Assembly: GCF_009914755.1 (NCBI RefSeq)
Contig: NC_060931.1
Length of the DNA: 64,000 nucleotides
From: the human T2T-CHM13v2.0 reference genome, Homo sapiens
Reading direction: 5' to 3' (one strand)
Shown here one piece after another: positions 23,631-42,540 of the stretch. Both the position numbers and the translations under genes were made by a program. Within the stretch, counting starts at the first letter, position 1; the number at the start of each line of letters is the position of its first letter. The notes below the pieces were generated by a model. That model was not told the DNA's origin, did no database searches, and worked only from the letters and a program-made list of their open reading frames with translations.

Positions 23631-25240
23631 CCCTCTCCCTCTCCCTCTTCCTCTCCCTCTCCCTCTCCCCACGGTCTCCCTCAGATGCCGAGCCGAAGCT
23701 GGACTGTACTGCTGCCATCTCGGCTCACTGCAATCTCCCTGCCTGATTCTCCTGCCTCAGCCTGCCGAGTGCCTGCGATTGCAGGCGCATGCCGCCACGC
23801 CTGACTGGTTTTCATATTTTTTTGGTGGAGACGGGGTTTCGCTGTGTTGGCCGGGCTGGTCTCCAGCTCCTAACCGCGAGTGATCCGCCAGCCTGGGCCT
23901 CCCGAGGTGCCGGGATTGCAGACGGAGTCTCGTTCACCCAGTGCTCAATGGTGCCCAGGCTGGAGTGCAGTGGCGTGATCTCGGCTCCCTATAACCTCCA
24001 CCTCCCAGCCGCCTGCCTTGGCCTCCCAAAGTGCCGAGATCGCAGCCTCTGCCCGGCTGCCACCCCGTCTGGGAAGTGAGGAGCGTCTCTGCCTGGCCGC
24101 CCATCGTCTGGGATGTGAGGAGCCCCTCTGCCTGGCTGCCCAGTCTGGAAAGTGAGGAGCGTCTCTGCCCGGCCGCCATCCCATCTAGGAAGTGAGGAGC
24201 GCCTCTTCCCGGCCGCCATCCCATCTAGGAAGTGAGGAGCGTCTCTGCCCGGCCGCCCATCATCTGAGATGTGGGGAGCACCTCTGCCCCGCCGCCCCGT
24301 CTGGGATGTGAGGAGCGCCTCTGCCCGGCCGCAACCCCGTCTGGGAGGTGAGGAGCGTCTCTGCCCGGCCGCCCCGTCTGAGAAGTGAGGAGACCCTCTG
24401 CCTGGCAACCGCCCCGTCTGAGAAGTGAGGAGCCCCTCCACCCGGCAGCCACCCCATCTGGGAAGTGAGAAGCGTCTCCGACCGGCAGCCACCCCGTCCG
24501 GGAGGGCCAGCCGCCCCGTCCGGGAGGGAGGTGGGGGTTCAGCCCCCTGCCCGGCCAGCCGCCCCGTCTGGGAGGGAGGTGGGGGTTCAGCCCCCTGCCC
24601 GGCCAGCCGCCCCGTCTGGGAGGGAGGTGGGGGGGTCAGCCTCCCATCTGGGAGGTGAGGGGTGCCTCTGCCTGGCCACCCCTACTGGGAAGTGAGGAGC
24701 CCCTCTGCCCGGCCACCACCCCGTCTGGGAGGTGTGCCCAACAGCTCATTGAGAACGGGCCATGATGACCGTGGCGGTTTTGTGGAGTAGAAAGGGGGGA
24801 AATGTGGGGAAGGGATTGAGAAATTGGATGGTTGCCGTGTCTGTGTAGAAAGAAGTAGACTTGGGAGACTTTTCATTTTGTTCTGTACTAAGAAAAATTC
24901 TTCTGCCTTGGGATCCTGTTGATCTGTGACCTTAACCCCAACCCTGTGCTCTCTGAAACATGTGCTGTGTCCACTCAGGGTTAAATGAATTAAGGGCGGT
25001 GCAAGATGTGCTTTGTTAAACAGATGCTTGAAGGCAGCTAAGAGTCATCACCACTCCCTAATCTCAAGTACCCAGGGACACAAACACTGCGGAAGGCCAC
25101 AGGGTCCTCTGCCTAGGAAAACCAGAGACCTTTGTTCACTTGTTTATCTGCTGACCTTCCCTCCACTATTGTCCTATGACCCTGCCAAATCCCCCTCTGC
25201 GAGAAACACCCAAGGATGATCAATAAAAAAAAAAAAAAAA
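23631..25240 (+). mobile_element. Full-length SVA retrotransposon (SVA_C-like, tentative)
   Basis: (CCCTCT)n hexamers, antisense Alu-like region, GC-rich VNTR, SINE-R, AATAAA 25222 plus poly-A. Confidence 0.97.
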
Positions 25241-25379
25241 GAAGGTATGTATGGTATGATCCCACTTTATGAAACGACTAAAACCTCTTGTATTTGTCTA
25301 CGTATATATGCAATGTCTGTATGTGATTATAAGAGCACAGAGAAAAAAAACAAAACAAAAACAAAACAAAACAAAACAA
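25241..25379 (+). other. 3'-transduced sequence (102 bp) plus second A-rich tail carried by the SVA
   Basis: Lies between SVA poly-A and the 3' TSD copy aatacacata (25380-25389; 5' copy 23620-23629); host L1 resumes after it. Confidence 0.8.
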
Positions 25380-25957
25380 AATACACATACCAGAAAATTA
25401 AATAATCTTTTCCTGAATGATCTTTGGGTCAACAATGAAATGAAGATGAAAATTAAAAAAATTTTTTGAACTTAATGATAATAGTGACACAAATTATTAA
25501 CACCTCTAGGATACAGCAAAAGCAGTGCTAAGAGAAAAGTTCATAGCATTAAATGCCTGCATCAAAAAGTCTGAAAGAGCTCAAATAAAACATCTGAGCT
25601 CATACCTCAAGGAACTAGAAAACCAAGGAGAAAGCAAACCCAAACTTAGCAGGAGAAAATATGTTACAAGTATCAGCACACAACTAAATAAAAGTGAAAC
25701 AAAAATTACAAAAGATAAATGAGAGAATTGCTGGTTATTTGAAAAGATAAAATTGATAGACCACTAGTGAGATTAACCAATATAGGCGGAGAGAAGATCC
25801 AAATAAGCTCAATTAGAAACAAAACAGGATATATTACAAACAATGCCGCAAAAATACAGAAGATTATTCAAGACTACTATGAACACCTTTACATACAAAA
25901 CTAGAAAACCTAGAGGAGATGGATAAATTTCTGGAAATACACAATTCTCTGAGATTA

Positions 25958-26372
<415 letters not shown>

Positions 26373-27784
26373 TCACAGCTGAATTCTATCAGACATTTAA
26401 AGGAAAATTGGTATCAATTCTACCAAAACTATTCCAAAAAATAGAGAAAGAGGGAATCCTGCCTAAATGATTCTATGAAGCCAATATCACCCTAATACAA
26501 AAACTAGGAAAGGATATAACAAAAAAACCCTACACATCAATATTCTTGATTAACATAGATGCAAAAATTGTTAACAAAATACTAGATAACCAAATACAAT
26601 AGCATATCAGAAAAATACACAATTACCAAGTGCGTTTTACCACGAGGGATTCAGGAATGGTTTAAAAATGTGATACACCACATAAACAGAATTAAAAACA
26701 AAAATCATATGATCATCTCAATAGATGCAGGAAAGGTATTTGACAAAATCCAGCATCCCCTTATAATTAAAACCCTCAGCAAAATTGGCATAGAGTAGAC
26801 AGAACTTAAGATAATAAAAGCAATTTATGACAGACCCACAGCCAATATTATACTGAATGGGGAAAAGTTGAAACCACATCTCCTAAGAACTGGAAAAACA
26901 CAAGAATGCCCACTTTCACCATTTCTACTCAACATGGTACTGGAAGTCCTAGCCAGAGCAATAGACAAGAGAAAGAAATAAAGTGCATTCAGATTGGTAA
27001 AGAGGAAGTCAAACTGTCAGTGTTCAGTGATAAGATTGTATATCTAGAAAAGCCTGAAGACTAGTTCAAAATCCTCCTAGATATGATAAATGAATTCAGC
27101 AAGGTTTTAGAATACAAAATCAATATACAAATTAGCAGCACTGTTATACAACAATAGTGACCAAGCTGGGAATAAAATCAAGAACTCAACCCCTTTAACA
27201 ACAGCTGCAAATAAATAAATAAATAGAAATAGACCTAACCAAGAAAGTGAAAGATATCTGCAAAGAAAACTACAAAAGACTGCTGAAAGAAATTATAGAA
27301 ACACATGTTATGCTCATGGATTGGTAGACTCAATATTGTCAATGTGACCATAATGCCAAAAGCAATCTACAAATTCAAGGCAATTTCCATCAGAATGACA
27401 TCATCATTCTTCACAGATCTAGAAAAAAAAAACCCTAAAATTATATGGAACCAAAAAGAGCATGCATAGCAAAAGCAAGACTAAGCAAAAAGAACAAATC
27501 TGGAAGCATCACATTATCTGACTCCAAACTACACTACAAGACTATAGTTACCAAAGCAACATGGTACTGGTATAAAAATAGGCATGTAGACCAATGGAAC
27601 AGAATAGCAAAACCAGATATAAAGCCAAATACTTTCAGCTAACTGATCTTCAACAAAGTAAACAAAAACACAAAGTGGGGAAAGAACACTCTATTAAATG
27701 AATGGTGCGGAAATAATTGGAAAGCCACATGTAGTAGAATAAAACTGAATTTTTATCTCTCACTTTATAAAAAAATTAACTCAA

Positions 27785-28075
27785 GGCCAGGCACGATGGT
27801 TCATGCTTGTAATCCCAGCGCTTTGGGAGACTGAGGCAGGCAGATCAGTTGAGGTCAGGAGTTTGAGACCAGCCTGGCCAACATGGTGAAACCCCGTTTT
27901 CTACTAGAAAACACAAAATTTAGTTGGGCATGGTGCCACATGTCTGTAATCTTAACTATTCAGAAGGCTGAGGCATGAGAATTGTTTGAACCCTGGAGGC
28001 AGAGATTGCAGTGAACAGAGATCCTGCCACTGCACTTCAGCCTGGGTGACAGAGCAAGACTGTCTAAAAAAAAAT
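27785..28075 (+). mobile_element. Alu (S-like)
   Basis: Full dimer. Confidence 0.88.
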
Positions 28076-28081
28076 GATTCA

Positions 28082-29349
<1,268 letters not shown>

Positions 29350-29521
29350 ATTTAAAAAATCAACACAAGATGGATCAAAGACTTAAGTCTAAGTCCTGAA
29401 ATTATAAAAATTTTAGCAGATAATATAGAAAAAACTCCTCTACACATTGGCTTAGTCAAAAAGTTTGTGACCAAGTACCCAAAACCAAATGCGACAAAAA
29501 AAGATAAATAAATGTGACTTA

Positions 29522-30067
<546 letters not shown>

Positions 30068-30344
30068 CTAAACTATGAGGATATAAAGGCATAAGAATTA
30101 TGTCACATAATGGACTCTAGAAACTTGGGGGAAAGGGCGGTGTGGGGTTGAGGGATAAAAGACTACACATTGGGTACAGCGTATACTGCTCTGTAGATGG
30201 GTGCACCAAAATCTCACACACCACTGCTAAAGAACTTATTCATGTAACCAAACACCACCTGTACCCCCAAAACTATTGAAATAATAATGATAAAAACAAG
30301 AAACACAGAAAACTCCATAAGTTTAAGTTTACATGCTTTGGCAT

Positions 30345-30733
<389 letters not shown>

Positions 30734-30759
30734 ATTATCTAATTCTCTAGAGAATTTTG

Positions 30760-31372
30760 CAGCCAACTTTATATATGAACAAACTTATGCCTTGATAGGT
30801 ACAAGATGAAGGGTCAATGTGGGTGAGAAATTCTAATGGGACATTTGTTGCCTCATAATATCAGAAACACAGAATATAGGTCCACTGCTCTTAACCTACT
30901 TCAGAAGTTAAAAAGAACTCATTCACAATAAGTTTCAGAGCATTGCCTGGCCATTACTCTTCTAAATAAGCATCATTTGTTAGGTCTTTTTTTTTTTTTT
31001 TTTTCATGGTTCAGGGTAAAAAAATCAGGCATTGGTTAGACATTTATCCTTCATAATAGTCTCTATAGCAGATTCTACTGCAAAGGCTATGGTTACACAA
31101 TAGACTTTTTTTACTAAAGTTGTGCTAAATAATGGAATTTCTTGAGATTACTTATTGCATAAACAGAAAAGTATCTGTGTAGTTGCTAATATGCATAGTT
31201 GCACATGGAGAAATATATTATAGAGATTATACAGAAATATATTACACGTATTACAGAGATTCAGTTACGGGGGTTTAAGAAACAGGCTGCTTGGTTGAAA
31301 TGAGGAGACCATTTATTTAGCTGATAACTTGGTCTATCTCTCAAAATTGAGAAGATAACCAAAAAGGAGAAA
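30760..31372 (+). mobile_element. ERV1 env transmembrane remnant and polypurine tract
   Basis: 31119-31216 translates VVLNNGIS*DYLLHKQKSICVVANMHSCTWRN (degenerate ISD plus CX6CC region); aaaaaggagaaat precedes the LTR. Confidence 0.65.
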
Positions 31373-31800
31373 TTGTTAAATTATAGCCTGAAGCTCTCTG
31401 TTTTCATGTTTAATTTTGGTCAGTAGGTTTTTTGTTTGTTTGTTTTTCTTTTTTTTTTTTTTTTGGTACATAGTAAACTGAAACCTAACTGGATATGTAA
31501 GTAGATTATAACCCATTCCTGTACCAGCCACTGTGATTTTGCCAATAAAAGGACATCAACTCTTCAAACCATGTTCAAATAAGGCAAATCCCAAGCTGTA
31601 ATCAATTTGGCTGTTTCTGTACCTCAATTTCATTTTCTGTATGCCACTTTGCTTTTTCTGTTGATCAATTTTTTTACCATGTTGCTGTGCTGGAGTCTCT
31701 CTGAGCCTATTCTGGGCCCACAGGCTGCCTGATTTGCAAATCATTCTTTGTTCATTTAGACTCTGTTACATTCAATTTCTCTGAAGGTTTTGTTTTTTTT
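31373..31800 (+). mobile_element. MER57-like LTR (3' LTR of the env remnant)
   Basis: tgttaaa start; ttcaaataaggcaaat..ggctgtttctgtacctc..gctggagtctctctgagcct blocks. Confidence 0.75.
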
Positions 31801-31929
31801 TTTAGATGTTTACAGATTTTATCTATGATAAAAAATAAGTAATGTGTTGCTGGGCTTTGATTTTCTCAACTCATCCCTCATCTATCTTTTTCCACATATG
31901 CTATGTCCTTTTGAAATGCTCCTGCAACT

Positions 31930-32550
<621 letters not shown>

Positions 32551-32789
32551 GCTTCTTCAATTTCTTAAGATTATTTCTAGCAATAATAATAAACAGTGCT
32601 ATATGGGCACAAATCTAAAAGAAATCTGGCTTCTATTTTAGAAGTGTCACTCTCCAGGATTTCAAGGGTCAAATGGAGTTAATTCTGAGTCCCAGCCCAG
32701 CCACTTAATAGCTGTGGGTCTTTGCACAAATTTTTTTTTTTTTGATGTGGAAGAGTTATATAAACCACATATGCAAAAAAAGGCAGAAT

Positions 32790-33240
32790 GATACTGATTG
32801 CAAAAATGTTAGCAATTTTTCATCCCTCCGCTATCCATGCCCATTGCCAGGTGCATTTACAGCTGTTTCCATTGAGATCCAGTTCTGTTTTCCAAACCCT
32901 AGATCTGGCTGGCCTTATTTGCTCAGGGCAGTAAAAACCTGTGAACAGTGCAGTGTGCTAGTTTGAGGCGTAGGCTCAAATGGTTTTGCATGCTTCTGTT
33001 TTTCTTTCAGAAGGCTACTATCTCCGCGAAAAAAGCCCATGTTAGCCAGATGGAAGATAAAATAGTATGGGGAGGAGAAGCAAGTTGCCTCTGTTGACAG
33101 CCTCAGAAGCAGAAGCTCACCCCCAGAAGCACAGCTGCCTAGTCAACAAGCAGCTGATGATACATGTCTGAAGGAACTCAGCTGAGGTCACAAGAATGGT
33201 CTCACTGAACCCAGCCTAAATGACTAACCATCTCAATTAG
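32790..33240 (+). mobile_element. Old MaLR LTR (MLT1-like)
   Basis: Diverged MLT1 motifs (catccctc..ccatgccc; tgcatgcttc; cccagcctaaatgactaacc). Confidence 0.5.
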
Positions 33241-33299
33241 AGTGAATTCCACCTGTTTATTCTTAAAGTTTGACTACTAGAAAATTTGGAATTCACATG

Positions 33300-33580
33300 T
33301 GCTCTGTAATCCCAGCACTTTGGGAGGCCGAGGCAGGTGGATCACCTGAGGTCAGGAGTTCGAGATCAGCCTGACCAACATGGCAAAATTCTGTCTCTAT
33401 TAAATATACAAAAAGTAGCCGGGCGTGGAGGCGGGTGCCTGTAATCCCAATTACTCAGGAGGCTAAGGCAGGAGAATCACTTGAGCCCGAGATGCGGAGT
33501 TTGGGGTGAGCCGAAATCGTGCCACTGTGCTTGAGCCTGGGTGAGAGTGAGACTCTGTCTCAAAAAAAAAAAAGAAAAAA
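33300..33580 (+). mobile_element. Alu (S-like)
   Basis: Dimer with A tail just upstream of the promoter. Confidence 0.88.
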
Positions 33581-33714
33581 ATCTCAGGCTGCCTGCTCAA
33601 AGGACCAGAAGCCAGTACGGTTATAAAATCTGGAATTTAAAAATAATTGTTATATTCAGATGTGAATAGCTATATGTTATTTATAAATGCATACGACCTT
33701 ATACACAAGGTTAA

Positions 33715-33940
33715 ATGCAAATGCCCTCTGGGGTGGGCCTGACTCAGCTCAGGGAGGAAGCCCTTCTGGAAAAGGCTGCTGCTTAGGTTTAACTCTGTCT
33801 TCCTTCAGCCCAGCACCTGAGCACATCTGTCACTCAGGGCCTGAGGGGGCGGGTTGTTAAACGTTATCCAATCAGGGACGCCGGGCTGGGAACGGTCCAA
33901 TCAGGCACCCAGCTGGAGCGGACATGACGTCTTCCGGGAG
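33715..33940 (+). promoter_or_regulatory. ZNF138: KRAB-ZNF gene promoter
   Basis: Octamer ATGCAAAT 33715-33722, GC box 33845-33853, CCAAT boxes 33868 and 33897, TGACGTC/CTTCCGG (CRE/ETS-like) 33925-33937; CpG-rich to ~34460. Confidence 0.8.
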
Positions 33941-34098
33941 GCGGCGGGGTCTTTGTCTCGCTGCAGCGGGTGCTGCAGGTCTGGCCTTCACTTTTCTGCG
34001 TCCTCTTACTCCTAGAGGCCCAGCCTCTGTGGCGCTGTGATCTGGTTATTGGGAGATTCACAGCTAAGACGCCAGGATCCCCCGGAAGCCTAGAAATG
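33930..34098 (+). CDS. ZNF138: Exon 1 (5'UTR plus initiator ATG 34096-34098); TSS approximate
   Basis: ZNF91-family leader ..ggaagcctagaaATG|gtgagagtg with GT donor at 34099. Confidence 0.85.
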
Positions 34099-35805
34099 GT
34101 GAGAGTGCTGGGTCCGACATCCCGAGAGAGGGGGAGGGAGCTGGTTGGAACCGGTCGGAAGTGGCTGTGGCAGTACTCGGGTCTTCCCGCAGTCGGCTGC
34201 AAAATCCGCGGCCCCGAGTTCTTGGCACAGCTCGGCCCTCAGTCCCCTTAAGCCATAGCATGGCAGCTGGGCTGACAGCCGGAACCAGGCGTCCTGTCTC
34301 CTCCCTGCGCAGTGACTGTGCCCTGGCCTGGAGCCCTCTCTGAGCAGCTCTGCACCCGCAGCGATTGTGCAGAGACGACGGGAGGGTCGTCAGGGGAGAA
34401 TCCTGACTCGGGGTGCTGGGTTCATGAATGGGAAGAGGTTTCCTCCGCGGGCTTCCCTGTCCCTCTTTTCCCCTATTAAAATTTATGAAAGTCACCGCAA
34501 AAAAATTAATTTAATCAAACAGTGATTCAAGAATTGTGGAGCACCCAGCTGTGGTTTGCAGTAGTGGTCCGTGGGAGGGGTTTGAAGGAAACACTTGTAT
34601 AAGGTGTATGATAAAACCAAATTCAGTAATTGGTTAGTAGAGTTATGTAGTTTCTTAATTTGTACAATGAAGGAGGAAATTTCCTGGTCATGTAATCAGA
34701 GGTTAATTGGCAGTTTACAGTTGGTTAAACATGAATTTTATTTTTCACAAGGTAGTAATTTACAAAAAAATGCATTTGAGTTAGATTTTTTTAAAACCAG
34801 AAACCCTGGGACTGGAGCGACCTCAGTCTAATTGCCTGCCACTTAATTATTTTCACACTCCACAGGGGACAGATCTTCCCCTGCATTTTTCACATGTGTC
34901 CCAAGCAGGGTCTCAAGACTCCTCCCCCTCCCCATTTCCCATTCCTTCAGCCTAACTCTGGCTTGCAGTAAAATACTAAATTTCCAGTTCCTTCTGACAT
35001 TCCCAAATGCCAACTTCCCCTTCCTAATTCACATTATCAACTATTTGTCCTTTAGTGTACATTTGAAATACTGTATTTTAATTAATCATTTTTTGACAAA
35101 GCATGGATGGCATTTTAAAAAAGATTTGTCATCTGTTTGTAAATATTTCCCATGAGAAGAAACCAAAGACTCATCCCCTGATGCTGTATTGTAAAAAATC
35201 TCTGTGCCTTTTTTTTTTTTTTTAAATCTTCCCTAGGTACAGAGATCTTATCAGAATATTTTTGGGTCAAGGTTTCCCTTTGGAAACTTTATAAGGTAAT
35301 GTGTCCTTAGTCACTCTTCAGTTTTTTCCTTGGTCCTGGGTTTCAGTACTTTCTGAGGATAAATCAAAATATCCACTGTGGCTGTGTATGCTAGAATCTC
35401 TGGTAAATTTCAGCTCCTGGCCTGGAATGAACTCTGGTTATCTGGGAATGGGAGACAGAGGACAACCTGAGGTTGGAGTGTAGCCTCTCAAGGGAGCAGG
35501 TGAATGCCCTGGGGCTGAGAGGAATCTCCTGGTGTACTCTTCCTTTGAAAAGCAAACCCTTTGAGAAGTTAAGATTGTCTTCAAACCAACCCAGTGTCCA
35601 TTTCCGGAGACATATTGCTGGTCAATCAATCATATGCTGGTATTGAGGGGAGAACACAGAAATAATTTCGGCCCACTGGATTCTCTAAGATTTGTGAAAG
35701 AAATGATAGTATCCAAAAAGACAAATCAAACCTTACCCCAGTGAGATGGTTCAAGAACTTGCAAAGTGAAATGTACTTGGGGCAGTCACTGAGGCATAGT
35801 GCAGC

Positions 35806-35840
35806 GTCTTCAGAGAGGGTGGTCTTCAGAGAGGGTGGTC
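35806..35840. repeat. 16-bp tandem duplication
   Basis: gtcttcagagagggtg x2. Confidence 0.85.
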
Positions 35841-36283
35841 GTTTAGCACTTAAGTGAGCAGGATGGGGTGGGAGAATCTCTCAAGTGATTGGGTGGCTTG
35901 ACTTGACATGTGAGTGAGATACATCTGTTTTTTAATCAGCACTGCCACTCCCTGGGATTGTCACCCTGAAAAGATTTGTTCACTTCAGTGTTTTAATTGT
36001 AACTTGCAGTTTATTAGTAGGACTAAAAGGTAAGAGGATAATTAGAATGGGCATGAAAGAGATGGGTTTTGGAAAAAAATATCTAATCATATATTCTATT
36101 TGTTAAGTATTCTCATTTACCTTTTTCTTTCCCAGACTGAGTTTAGGAATTTTCTCAGGTCTGTTTTTTTATGGCTGGGTGATGTCCAAGAGTATTCCAA
36201 GGCTTAGCTTTTAGAATGCTACCAAGGAAAAGAATAGGGAAAATACTTCTTCCATTTTGGCTGTGGAAAACGAATACATTTCC

Positions 36284-36646
<363 letters not shown>

Positions 36647-37449
36647 TCATGAAAATATCAGTTCCTCCTTTTTCAGGGTACATTTCAGTGAATACCTCTC
36701 TTCTGTATCCAGTCATCTTGATTTCTGAGGTTAATGCTAAATTTTTTAAGATGAAACTTGGTCTATCCTAGAAGTGTTCCCATATGACTAATTGTTTACT
36801 ACATCATTTTTAATGGATATAATAAAATAATTATTTATCGTTTTAAAAGATTACATACTTTTGCATTTGAGATATGTGACGTAAGTGCTTTAAAATTTCC
36901 TTCCCTTATATAAACACTGTGTTTGAGTAATTTTGCTGAATTTTTCAGTTTAAAAAACCATTTGAACAACTCCGACATGGAAATTAAAGCTTGCGCCAGT
37001 GACTGCAAGCTAAGGCTAATATTGAGCCTACAAAGGGAAGGGAGGTTATTAAAGGCCCAGTTAGTTCTTTCTAGGAAGCCTCCCCTGCGGATGTCGGAGC
37101 CTGCTCACCCCAGCCATGGAAGAACCTTTATACTGAGAGAAGCTACAGAGCCCTGGAAAACTGGAGACCCACAGGCAGATGCAGTAAACATTAAGATGGA
37201 AGGGGATTGGGAGGGTCATACTCAGGATGAAGTTGTTATTGTTTTGAGGCAGTTTCTAGACTTTGTAAAATAAAACAAAATTAGGTTTATTTTTTAAAAA
37301 ATTCTAAAATACTGCAACAGAAGGAAGTACCAACTATATAATCTTTAAGGATTGCAAAGTTTAGGCAGATAAAGGCTTTCTTAGGGAGGAGCAAAAAAGA
37401 TTAGAAGGTGAGAGGGGAATGGCAAATGGAGGGTGTATAAATCAGATTT

Positions 37450-37764
37450 TATTTTTTATTTTTTAATTAAATTATTTTTTTGAGACAGAGTCTTACTTTG
37501 TTGCCCAGGCTGGAGTGCAGTGGCTGGATATCACCTCACTGCAACCTCTGCCTCCTGGGTTCAAGTGACTGTCATGCCACAGCCTCCTGAGAAGCTGGGA
37601 TTACAGCCGCCCACCACCATGCCGGGCTAATTTTTGTATTTTTACTAGAAATGGGGTTTTGCCATATTGGCCAGGGTGGTCTCAAACTCCTGACCTCAGG
37701 TGATCTGCTCTTCTCAGCCTCTCAAAGTGCTGGGATTACAGGCGTGAGCCACCACGCTCAGCCC
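37450..37764 (-). mobile_element. Alu (S-like)
   Basis: TSD aaatcagatttt. Confidence 0.88.
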
Positions 37765-37989
37765 AAATCAGATTTTAGATTAGAAAATGTTTTACCCTGA
37801 AGTCAGCAAGTTTTTAGGAGAAACATAAAATGGGGTTGTATGTTGGCTCAGACTGAGTAGCTCAAAGTTCAGGAGCTGTGGGAAGGAGATAAACTTAACT
37901 ATATTTTGATTAAGAAGTATTTTATTTGACCGCTGAAGAAAAATTCGGCTATTTTTTTAAATACAAAAAAGAAAATCTTATACATAGTG

Positions 37990-41345
<3,356 letters not shown>

Positions 41346-41351
41346 TGCACC

Positions 41352-42540
41352 TGTGAAAGGAAATTAAATCTTGGGACCCAAAACTCATTAAGCCAAACAG
41401 AAAAGTTAAGCTGGGAATGGGGTCACACAAACCTGCCTTCCTCTTTTGGCTCTGTTGACGAAGAGTCAAACTCTGTAAAATATTTTAAGAGATTTATTCT
41501 GAGCCAAATATGAGTGACCATGGCCTGTGACACAGCCCTCGGGAGGTCCTGTGATCAGGCCAAGGTGGTCGGGTTACAGCTTGGTTTTATATATTTTAGG
41601 GAGACATGAGACATCAATGAAATACATTTAAGAAATACATGGATTTGTCCGAAAGGCAGAACAACTCAAAGTGGCGGCTTCCGGGCTATAGGCAAATTTA
41701 CACATTTTCCGGTTGACAGTTGGTTGAGTATATCTGAAGACCTCGGATCAATAGAAAGAAAATGTTCAGGTTAAGATAAAGGATTGTGGAGACCAAGTTT
41801 TATTGTGGAGAGGAATCTCAGATAGCAGACTTCAGAGACAGCAGGTTGTAAAAATGTTTCTTCTTACTGGACTTAAAAAGGTGCCTGGCTCTTAGTTGAT
41901 TGATTATCTCCTGGATCTGGAATGTAAGGAAGGAAAACAAAAGAGGAAAGGGGATTGTCTATAGAATGTACATTTTTCCCACAAGAGACTTTTGCAGGGC
42001 AATTTCAAGGCATGGCAAGAAAATATATTTTGGTGTTAAATATTTTGATTTTTTTTTCTTGTCTCATAATGTTACGCCAGAGTCAGATTGGAAAGTAAGT
42101 CACGATCTATAGGGTCAAATAAAACCCATCTGATGAGAATTTATGGTTTGTAGGGCATGACCCCTTACAAACAATTAGATAGAAATTTGGGCAAGATAAA
42201 AAATTCAGAGCTTAGTCCTCAGTTCCTAAATAAGATGGCTACAAGAAGAAAAGCTACATACCTCCCCCATCTTTTGCCCACAAGAAAATTTCTAGTGAGC
42301 CGCAAGATCTTTACCCTAAGGTGTTTCTGTTAAAATGTAAACTGATAGCTTATCTTTACAGATACAGTCACCCCCCTGCCCAACAGACACAAATGCATAT
42401 CTGATTGTTCCCCTGCCTCGTTTTGTCTTGTCTTATGTTAAAAAAAAAAAATGCAGATTCACTGAGCCAGACAATGGCATGAGTGACTATTTTTCCCTAC
42501 CCCCCTCTTACATAACAATTGTGTACTTCTCAATATCTCA
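41352..42540 (+). mobile_element. MER4-group LTR (outer, 3' truncated)
   Basis: tgtgaaaggaaattaaatcttgggacc start; resumes at 42222 gttcctaaataagatggctac. Confidence 0.75.
41453..42221 (-). mobile_element. MER4D/E-like solo LTR nested in the outer LTR
   Basis: Minus strand begins tgaggactaagctctg; TSD gctc/gttc. Confidence 0.8.

Noticed and set aside
23789-24876. Long Arg/Gly/Pro-rich ORFs on both strands
   Set aside because: Stop-poor GC-rich SVA VNTR; no evidence of coding function.
33864-34495. Antisense ORFs of 112 and 143 aa over the promoter
   Set aside because: Expected in GC-rich CpG-island DNA; no recognisable domain.
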